Of a stretch of DNA of 32,000 nucleotides, positions 25,673 through 32,000 are shown one piece after another. The position numbers were made by a program, and so were the translations under genes. This DNA comes from Thermoproteus tenax Kra 1 (lineage in GTDB: Archaea > Thermoproteota > Thermoprotei > Thermoproteales > Thermoproteaceae), in the NCBI RefSeq assembly GCF_000253055.1, contig NC_016070.1, forward strand, positions 1,200,001-1,232,000, in the 5' to 3' direction. The notes below the pieces were generated by a model. That model saw only the letters and a list, made by a program, of their open reading frames with translations. It was not told where the DNA came from and did no database searches. Numbering within the stretch: position 1 is the first letter of the stretch; every line of letters begins with the position of its first letter.

Positions 25673-25815
25673 ACAATTTTTATAATAAAAATTATTTCTT
25701 AAATTTTTTTCTCCATTTAATTATTAATATATATTAGTATATTGATAGTTATTATTTAATTACGTTGTGTCATGAATTGGACAAAAAATTTTTAATTTTG
25801 AAAAAACTGACCTCT
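25673..25815. promoter_or_regulatory. extremely AT-rich divergent promoter/operator region
   Basis: 143 nt lie between divergent start codons (25672 minus, 25816 plus). There are multiple TATA-like tracts and a 9-1-9 perfect palindrome AATTTTTAT-A-ATAAAAATT at 25675-25693. Confidence 0.6.
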
Positions 25816-26640
25816 ATGCCCATAGGAGTTGTGGAGTACGCCTTGTCGGTCTTGTCGGGGGTCCTCGTAGGGTTCTCGTTGGGGCTGATCGGCGGCGGTG
25901 GCTCCATCTTGGCTGTGCCCCTCTTTTTATACTTCGTAGGTCTTTCGTCGTTGCCCGGCGCCGATCATATAGCCATAGGAACTACGGCCTTGGCTGTGGG
26001 CATAAACGCGTTTATAAACTCCTATATGCATCTGAAGAAGCGCAACATTGCCCCGAGGATCGGCGCTGTCTTCGCCGCGGTGGGACTAGTTGGGTCGCTG
26101 ATAGGGGCCTACCTCGGCCACATAACGCCCGGCAAATCCCTCTTGACGTATTTCGCAATAGCGATGATAGTATTGGGCATATACGTCGCAGTGAGGCGGG
26201 AGGCCACAAAGGCTGGGACGCCCACTGAGGCCGATAGGCTACGGGAGGCGTTGGCCAAATGTCCCCGATTGACTCCCTCAACCATAGCCAAAGTCGCCGG
26301 CTTTGGATTCCTCGTCGGCCTCGTCAGCGGATACTTCGGCATAGGCGGAGGCTTCCTCATAGTGCCCAGCTTGATGTTCTCGGCGGGGCTCTGTATAACT
26401 AGGGCGATTGGCACGAGCCTAATAAGCGTCGGCACATTCGGCGTCGCCTCAGGTCTTGAATATTGGTACTATGGCGATGTGCTCCCCATAATAGCCGTCT
26501 TGTACGTGTTGGGAGGCGTCGCCGGGGGATACCTCGGCACGAGCTTGGCGGTGAAGGCGCCCAAGAGGACGCTCCGCATAGCCTACGGAGTTATAATAGT
26601 GTTGGTCGGCATCTATATGTTGTATAGGATATACGGATAA
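25816..26640 (+). CDS. TauE/SafE (DUF81) family anion exporter
   Basis: I place the start at MPIGVVEY (ATG 25816). The two-fold repeat motifs GLIGGGGSILAVPL and GYFGIGGGFLIVPSL are diagnostic of DUF81. Confidence 0.88.
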   Translation: MPIGVVEYALSVLSGVLVGFSLGLIGGGGSILAVPLFLYFVGLSSLPGADHIAIGTTALAVGINAFINSYMHLKKRNIAPRIGAVFAAVGLVGSLIGAYLGHITPGKSLLTYFAIAMIVLGIYVAVRREATKAGTPTEADRLREALAKCPRLTPSTIAKVAGFGFLVGLVSGYFGIGGGFLIVPSLMFSAGLCITRAIGTSLISVGTFGVASGLEYWYYGDVLPIIAVLYVLGGVAGGYLGTSLAVKAPKRTLRIAYGVIIVLVGIYMLYRIYG

Positions 26641-26727
26641 GGCGGCGCCCGCGGCATACCCCCGCTTCTGTTCGGTATCGGTCTAGCCCCCTACCTGGGC
26701 CTCGCCGCGGCCTCACAGGCCCTGCTT

Positions 26728-26753
26728 GGGGGCCGCGCCCCCGGCTGGTTTTT
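26728..26753 (+). terminator. GC hairpin plus T5 tract downstream of the TauE gene
   Basis: GGGGGC-CGC-GCCCCC (26728-26742) is followed by GGCTGG and TTTTT (26749-26753). Oligo-T is the usual archaeal termination signal. Confidence 0.45.
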
Positions 26754-26883
26754 ACCCCCGCCTTTCGGCGGCCCGCCGGGAGCCTCCGCGGGCGGGCGGG
26801 AGGTTCCAGAGGGCCGCCGTCTCCGGACGGCCCCCGTCCCCTCCGCGGGCGCATTATAATTTTTAAAGTCGGCTTAAAAGCCT

Positions 26884-28044
26884 ATGCGCCGCGGCGGACG
26901 TCTGGGGTTGGTCTCGCTCATAGTGTCTCTGACGATCGCCGCCCGTTCAGTCAACTATATGGTCCAGAGCACAGTTCCGCCGTTTGCCCGAGAGCTGGGG
27001 CTGGGGCCCGCCGAAGTGGGCCTCTTGGCCGCGACGGGTGCCGCCGGCCAGCTCATAAGCACCGTCTTCTTAAACGTAGTCCTGGGGCCCGAGCAGAGGA
27101 GGAAGGCCTTCGTGCTCTCCGCCACGGCTGTGCCGTTCTTATTGGCGGCATTCGCCCTCTCGGGCCCTGTCTCTCTGTGGCCCGCCGTCTTCGCGGCGGG
27201 TCTGGTGTTCGGCATCATTATGCCCAACCTCATCAATCTGCCGTCGTTGAGCCCTCAGAGCGCGGAGCGCCTCCTGGCTATATATTCTCTCTCGCTCAGC
27301 ATCAGCCTAGTGGTCGGGCCAGCCTATGAGACGGCCGTGTTGGCCAAATACAGCTACAGATATGTATTTCTATTCTTCCTACCGTTGGCCCTCCTCTTGG
27401 CGGTCCTCTCGCGCAAGGCGGCTTTCCCGCCGTCGAGGGCCGAGGGATCCCTCAAGAGGCTCTACGCGAGGGCGTTGTCCAGCGCGGGCTTCTTGTCTTC
27501 GGTGTTGTCTATAACAGCCTACAATGTACCCTTTATGGCGCTCGTGACATATCTGCCCATATACGCCTCTGAGCAGCTGGGCCTCCCGAATGCGTTGGCC
27601 TACTCGCTCTTCATCCCCTTCTTCTCCGTCTCTATGGCCACGCGCCTCTATATGTCGTTGCGGCCCGTGAGAGACCTCGTCAAGGCCTTCGTTGCTTCAG
27701 TCGCGCTCACGCTGGCCGGCCTCGTCTTGCTCTGGAGCTCGTCCTCCTACGCAACTATAGCGGCCGCCATGGCGCTCTTGGGAGTGCCCCATGGCTCCGT
27801 CTTTACTCTGTCCACAATAATGATCGCCCGCACCACTCCAGTCGAGGAAAGAAACGCGGTCAATTCTCTTTTCTCCTCCTACCTAGTGATCTTGGGGATA
27901 GCGGTGCCGCCCGCGCTGGGCGCGTTGGCCGAGGCCTGGGGGTTTAGATCTATGTGGCTCTCCCTTCTGCTTCCCACGGCTATCGCCTCGGGGGCCTTCC
28001 TGGCGCTGTTCGGCAGATCGGAGAGGCTGAGGCGCCCTACTTAA
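26884..28044 (+). CDS. MFS-type transporter
   Basis: 386 aa with 10-12 TM segments. TATA CATTATAATTTTTAAAG lies at 26852-26868. The substrate is unknown. Confidence 0.8.
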   Translation: MRRGGRLGLVSLIVSLTIAARSVNYMVQSTVPPFARELGLGPAEVGLLAATGAAGQLISTVFLNVVLGPEQRRKAFVLSATAVPFLLAAFALSGPVSLWPAVFAAGLVFGIIMPNLINLPSLSPQSAERLLAIYSLSLSISLVVGPAYETAVLAKYSYRYVFLFFLPLALLLAVLSRKAAFPPSRAEGSLKRLYARALSSAGFLSSVLSITAYNVPFMALVTYLPIYASEQLGLPNALAYSLFIPFFSVSMATRLYMSLRPVRDLVKAFVASVALTLAGLVLLWSSSSYATIAAAMALLGVPHGSVFTLSTIMIARTTPVEERNAVNSLFSSYLVILGIAVPPALGALAEAWGFRSMWLSLLLPTAIASGAFLALFGRSERLRRPT

Positions 28045-28324
28045 TCAAGAGGCCGATTATGAGGCCGATTATAAAGGTCAGAGAGGAGAACGGTATCATG
28101 GACTTGAGAACCCCCAGCTTCTCAGCCGCTTGATACGCAGTATATCCCAAGCTCTGGAGAATACTGATGGCGGCCGAAGGGCTTAGGTAGCCCAAAGCCA
28201 CCGCCAAGATCAATATTGCAAATAAGACTAGGGCCACGCCTATCAGCCTCCTGATGAGAACCCCTATCAAAAGCCCGAATATGAACGGCACCACCAACGC
28301 AAGTATCTCAGTTATAGTGAACAT
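28037..28324 (-). CDS. small three-TM membrane protein
   Basis: I place the start at MFTITEIL (ATG 28324..28322), 20-28 nt downstream of the minus-strand CTATAAAAATTAAG. The upstream 114 aa of the long ORF are R/G/P-rich and GC-rich non-coding-like. Confidence 0.65.
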   Translation of the reverse strand: MFTITEILALVVPFIFGLLIGVLIRRLIGVALVLFAILILAVALGYLSPSAAISILQSLGYTAYQAAEKLGVLKSMIPFSSLTFIIGLIIGLLIK

Positions 28325-28361
28325 GCCCCATGATAGAAACTTAATTTTTATAGGTTTTCTC

Positions 28362-28424
28362 CGGAGCGTGATGAGATGTCCCTTTGGGCTCGGCTTGCCT
28401 GATACGCCACAGACTGACGCTCTG
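28362..28424 (+). ncRNA. candidate C/D box sRNA
   Basis: C box GUGAUGA at 28368-28374 and D box CUGA at 28414-28417 are separated by 39 nt. A terminal stem CGGAGCG/CGCUCUG (28362-28368 with 28418-28424) closes them. Internal D'/C' boxes are degenerate (CUGAUAC at 28399-28405). An AT-rich TATA-like block lies just upstream. Confidence 0.5.
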
Positions 28425-28679
28425 CCCTTTAGGCGCAGGCATATTTTCCGTGGCAGAGCTAGTGGAGATGCGGAGAGGCAAAGGCGGACGCCGCGCGGGG
28501 AATCAAACGCAAGATAGCCCTGGCAGGAGGCTCCCGCCGGAGCTCCTGCTCCACCCGGCGCCCAACCGCGGCCTCCCCCAATAGCTCTGGCGAGGGGCAA
28601 CGGACGAGGCCACGCCAGGCGGGGAGCGCGGTCATGCGCCCCAGACTGAAGATTTTTAACCGCCATTCTCTTTACATTT

Positions 28680-29315
28680 GTGAGGCAGTTTCAGTGTCTG
28701 CCCGACTGCGCCCTCTGCTGTAGGGCCAGCCCGGTCACTGTCTTGCCCCACGAGGTGTACATACTGCAGTCTCTGGCGCGCGACTTAGGCGTCGTTGTAA
28801 AGTTCGCGCCCGCCTACAATGTAGCCGACGTCCAGAACGGCGTCAGGATAGCCCTCAGCTACCTCATGCTCTTGGACGATGAGGGGAAATGCCCCTTTTT
28901 GCGCGGAACCAAATGTCTAGTGCACGACCTCTACAAGCCTCTAACTTGTCGCTCCTTCCCCTATTTGCCCAAAGTGATAAGGTACGAGCTGGACCCCATA
29001 GCCAAAGAGGTGAGGATGGAGATAAATTTCGTCATGTCTACTCTCTGCCCAGTGGTGAGGAAAGACTTGAGCCCCGGCGACGTGGCAAAAATGGCGAACG
29101 TCAAAGTGGCGGTTGAGTACGCCCCCAGGGAGGTCGCCGTGGCTAAAGAGACTGTGGCAAAAAGGCTGTTTTACGCGCGCATACTCAGCGATCTGTGGCA
29201 GAAGGGATACGTTGAGCTAGACGATGGAAGCGCCTATCCCCACCTTCCTGTGGTGAACGGCTTTTCATATATCAGGAGGTTCCGGCCCGAGCTCACTCTG
29301 AAGGACCTAGCCTAG
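28680..29315 (+). CDS. YkgJ-family (CxxCxxCC) zinc/iron-chelating domain protein
   Basis: GTG start with GATTTTTAAC 20-29 nt upstream. N-terminal CLPDCALCC, plus CPFL...C..H...P..C..FPY, as in UPF0153/YkgJ proteins. Confidence 0.8.
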   Translation: MRQFQCLPDCALCCRASPVTVLPHEVYILQSLARDLGVVVKFAPAYNVADVQNGVRIALSYLMLLDDEGKCPFLRGTKCLVHDLYKPLTCRSFPYLPKVIRYELDPIAKEVRMEINFVMSTLCPVVRKDLSPGDVAKMANVKVAVEYAPREVAVAKETVAKRLFYARILSDLWQKGYVELDDGSAYPHLPVVNGFSYIRRFRPELTLKDLA

Positions 29316-29360
29316 CGCTCGGGGTATAGCATCCTTAAAAATTCAGAAGACGTCTACCGA

Positions 29361-30314
29361 GTGCGTGTGTTTTTCGATGGCGGCATAGTGTTGGAGGGAA
29401 GGGGGTTCAGGATCATCGTAGATCCCTTCAAGCCGCACGACTTCAGAACGTTCGACCTCGTCTTAGTCACCCACGGGCACAGCGACCACGTGACTAGGCA
29501 CATCAAACGGGCGCGCGTCGCTCTGACGAAGGAGACCATGGCCGTTCTGTTAACTAGATACGGCGTTAGGCCCTTGGAATTACATATTGTGAGGCCAGGC
29601 GACGTTCTGGACTTCGGCAAGTTCCGTGTGGCCGTCTACAACGCAGGTCACGTGATGGGCAGCGTTATGTACGTAGTTGAATCGGCCGAGGGCACCGTGG
29701 GGTTTACCGGCGATTTCAATGTGTATGGGAGCAACGTGGTGGACGGAGCAGACCAGATCGAGGCCGATGTGTTGGTGATGGAGGCCACATACGGCTCGCG
29801 GCACTATGTCTTCCCCCCGAGGGAGAAGATCTATAGGGAGCTGTTGGAGCTGGCTGAGAAGAAGGACGTCCTCCTCGCCATAAGGGCCGGCCCCCTCGGC
29901 AAGGGCCAGGAGTTGGCCAAGCTCCTGCCCCATGATAGGCTCTATCTGGAGCCCAAGATAGCGGAGCTCAACAGAGCTCTGGGAGTGCGCGGAGGCCGGG
30001 AATATAGGCCGAGGGCCGTCGGCCCCGGCGACGTGGTCTTGTTGGGCCTCACATCGCGACCGCCTCTGGGGGCTACGTTGGTGGAGCTCAGCGGCCACTT
30101 CGCTGTGCATAAACCGCAAGACGGCTTGGGCCTTCCTCTGAGCAACCACTCGGACTTCCCCGGGCTTCTGGAGATGGCGCTCAGGAGCAGAGCCAAGAGG
30201 ATCTATACAGTCTACGGCCACGCCGCTGAGCTCGCCAAGTGGCTCAACAGACTTGGCGTAAGGGCCTCGACGATACCCCCGAAAGGGCAGATGGAGCTGA
30301 CCCAGTGGCTCTAG
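29361..30314 (+). CDS. metallo-beta-lactamase fold nuclease, beta-CASP-like
   Basis: 317 aa with the VLVTHGHSDHV (HxHxDH) motif and the C-terminal motifs LSNHSDFPGLLE and IYTVYGHA, as in beta-CASP / ligase-associated exonucleases. TATA CCTTAAAAATTC lies upstream. Confidence 0.8.
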   Translation: MRVFFDGGIVLEGRGFRIIVDPFKPHDFRTFDLVLVTHGHSDHVTRHIKRARVALTKETMAVLLTRYGVRPLELHIVRPGDVLDFGKFRVAVYNAGHVMGSVMYVVESAEGTVGFTGDFNVYGSNVVDGADQIEADVLVMEATYGSRHYVFPPREKIYRELLELAEKKDVLLAIRAGPLGKGQELAKLLPHDRLYLEPKIAELNRALGVRGGREYRPRAVGPGDVVLLGLTSRPPLGATLVELSGHFAVHKPQDGLGLPLSNHSDFPGLLEMALRSRAKRIYTVYGHAAELAKWLNRLGVRASTIPPKGQMELTQWL

Positions 30315-32000
30315 TCGGGAACCTCCACGTATTTCTCGAGGGTCTCTGCGACGTGCGCGAGCCCCAGCCTCTTCAAAGTGCTCCTCCTCGGCACTCCGTT
30401 CTGGCCCCAGCCCCTCAAGTCGTAATAGTGGCTCAAGAGCTCGTTGTATTTGTCGTAGTCTAAGTGTGCGCCCTTCAGCGGGCCCTTCGTGAGAGGCCTC
30501 TTGAACCACTTGGGGGGCGGCACATCCAATTCCCGGCTCCAGTAGCCGTACTCCCTTATCCAGAACGCCCTTATCAGCGCGTATATTCTGTCGCCGACCT
30601 CGTTGAAGTAGTCGGGGGTCGCGTCGATACCTGTCGCCGCCTTGAAGAGCTTGGGATACCAGTCTAAAGACAAGCCCACCTCGACCCAGGGCAGACGGCA
30701 TGCCACGAACGCCTCGAACCAACCGCCTCTAATCCTCTGTAGCTCTATCACTTTTGCGGCCTTTTCCCTCGTATATCCGAGGCGGTCCGTCTTGACCTCC
30801 CACGAGATGACCCATGCGTCCTTGTGATGGGGGCCTATGGGCGAGGTGGCGTAGGCAAGCGCCATGGCGGGAGCTGCGTGGCAGTCGTACCCGCTCACCT
30901 CGAGGCCCTTGACTTGCACCGCCAGCTCCTCTGCGCCCTTTCCCAACCTCTGCGAGGCTCTCATGGTGCCCTCGGCGAGGAGATCTCCGAAGCCCCTCCT
31001 GAGAGCTATGTCGATGGCCAGCTCGCGGGCGGCCTTGTAATCGCCCCACTCTATCTTGTAGCCGAACTCCTTCGTCAAACCCCTCTCGCTTGCCTCCATG
31101 GCGAAGCCGAGAGTGTTGCCGAGAGATATAGTGTCCATGCCCATTAAGTCCGCCACGCGGTTCAGCTCGGCGACCTTCGACAAATCTCCGATGCCCAAGT
31201 TGGAGCCCAACAGAGCTATGTTCTCGTAGTCGACCTCAGCGGTGCCCTCCTCGGAGGGTACCCAATGTCCGCAGGGCATGAAACATAGAGGGCACGACTT
31301 GAGGTCGACCTCCATTTTCTCCACCATGGCCCCTCCTATTTTCTCAAACTCGTCGAACTGGCCCTCCGAGAAGTTATATGTTGGGAGAACGCTGGCCTCC
31401 TGCGCCCATTCAACTGTAGATGTAGTGCCTTGCTTCATCCAGAAGCTGTAGCCGGGCATCTTCCTCCCTTGTTCAACGGCCTCTATACCTATTTTGTTTA
31501 TCGCCTTATCGGCCACGGGTATCTCGCCCTTGCCCTTGACCACCACCGCCTTTAAGTTCTTGGAACCCATCACGGCGCCCATTCCCGGCCTGCCTCCGGC
31601 CCTCCCCCTCTGGGCCACGACCACAGCGTATTTAACAAGCCTCTCGCCCGCCGGCCCTATGGTCAAGACGCCGGCGTCCCTTCCGTGTATCTTCTGTAGT
31701 TTGTCCTCGGTGGCCCACGTGTTGAGCCCCCACAAGTCGCTGGCGTCGTGGAACTCTACTCCCCTCTCATCTATATAGAGATATGTAGGTTTATTCGCCC
31801 TACCTTCTACAACTATAGCGTCGTAGCCGGCCCTCCTCATATAGACTCCGGCCCAGGCCCCTATGTTGCCATCGCCGTATCCGCCGGTGATTGGCGATTT
31901 GGCGGCGACAACCAACTTGCCCGTATTGACGTTTGTCAAACCTGTCAACGGCCCGGCGGCAAATATGAGTTTGTTGTGCGGCGAGAGCGGATCTGTGCCT
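30311..32000 (-). CDS. aor: tungsten-containing aldehyde:ferredoxin oxidoreductase family, N-terminus outside window
   Basis: The frame stays open to the window end (...GTDPLSPHNKLIFAAGPLTGLTNVNTGK...). It has AOR-type blocks KSPITGGYGDGNIG and a CxxCxxxC cluster motif CPLCFMPC. The stop overlaps the MBL gene stop (CTAG at 30311-30314). Confidence 0.92.
   Translation of the reverse strand, partial: GTDPLSPHNKLIFAAGPLTGLTNVNTGKLVVAAKSPITGGYGDGNIGAWAGVYMRRAGYDAIVVEGRANKPTYLYIDERGVEFHDASDLWGLNTWATEDKLQKIHGRDAGVLTIGPAGERLVKYAVVVAQRGRAGGRPGMGAVMGSKNLKAVVVKGKGEIPVADKAINKIGIEAVEQGRKMPGYSFWMKQGTTSTVEWAQEASVLPTYNFSEGQFDEFEKIGGAMVEKMEVDLKSCPLCFMPCGHWVPSEEGTAEVDYENIALLGSNLGIGDLSKVAELNRVADLMGMDTISLGNTLGFAMEASERGLTKEFGYKIEWGDYKAARELAIDIALRRGFGDLLAEGTMRASQRLGKGAEELAVQVKGLEVSGYDCHAAPAMALAYATSPIGPHHKDAWVISWEVKTDRLGYTREKAAKVIELQRIRGGWFEAFVACRLPWVEVGLSLDWYPKLFKAATGIDATPDYFNEVGDRIYALIRAFWIREYGYWSRELDVPPPKWFKRPLTKGPLKGAHLDYDKYNELLSHYYDLRGWGQNGVPRRSTLKRLGLAHVAETLEKYVEVPD

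Noticed and set aside
25673-25815. Replication origin (AT-rich unwinding element)
   Set aside because: No ORB or mini-ORB-like repeats flank it and there is no orc1/cdc6 gene nearby. Its position between two divergent start codons fits a promoter/operator region better.
26591-26854. 87-aa minus-strand ORF (MRPRRGRGPSGDGG...)
   Set aside because: It is pure R/G/P low complexity generated by the GC-rich spacer.
28450-28650. RNase P RNA (minimal type T), and likewise GGGGAAAG at 14585-14592
   Set aside because: GAGGCAAAGG and GGGGAAAGCUGUCC only loosely resemble CR-I (GAGGAAAGUCC). No CR-V-like ACAGAA...GGCUUA partner or P1-P4 topology could be drawn.
29580-30722. 380-aa minus-strand ORF
   Set aside because: It is antisense to the well-supported MBL nuclease gene and out of frame over the AOR 3' end. 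It has an R/G/P-rich, low-complexity composition typical of shadow ORFs in GC-rich DNA.

Overview
This is a GC-rich crenarchaeal chromosome segment, most consistent with Thermoproteales (Thermoproteus/Pyrobaculum-like). The lineage call rests on three things seen in the sequence: TATA-like boxes 20-30 nt upstream of many start codons (leaderless layout), two tRNA genes with introns at non-canonical positions, and dense packing with ATGA/GTGA stop-start overlaps.

Content, left to right:
(i) A minus-strand surface-glycan operon (GT4 glycosyltransferases, a polytopic membrane protein, a CE4 deacetylase) that contains a strongly AT-rich cassette, followed by a DUF1616-like membrane protein pair.
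(ii) An accessory-looking stretch with a decayed gene, separately promoted MNT and HEPN genes, and a coiled-coil protein built from nine TNKRID repeats.
(iii) Another GT4 gene, tRNA-Gln(CUG), an AbrB-like ORF, a ~320-nt non-coding locus, and tRNA-Asn(GUU).
(iv) Housekeeping and transport genes: an MFS-hyuA-hyuB operon (hyuB frameshifted), surE, DUF81/TauE permeases, DUF998, an APC permease with an ACT-domain regulator (frameshifted), an MFS transporter, a C/D box sRNA candidate, a YkgJ-type Cys-cluster protein, an MBL/beta-CASP nuclease, and a partial tungsten aldehyde:ferredoxin oxidoreductase.

No CRISPR array, rRNA, transposase or integrase was recognised.

The most interesting item is the non-coding locus at about 14340-14662. 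It carries an SRP RNA helix-8 signature, but its helices are encoded in a circularly permuted order and it is flanked by imperfect direct repeats and a BHB-like leader/trailer pairing. That would require endonuclease processing and circularization to make a functional SRP RNA. All calls come from reading the sequence and the ORF translations; no database search was run.
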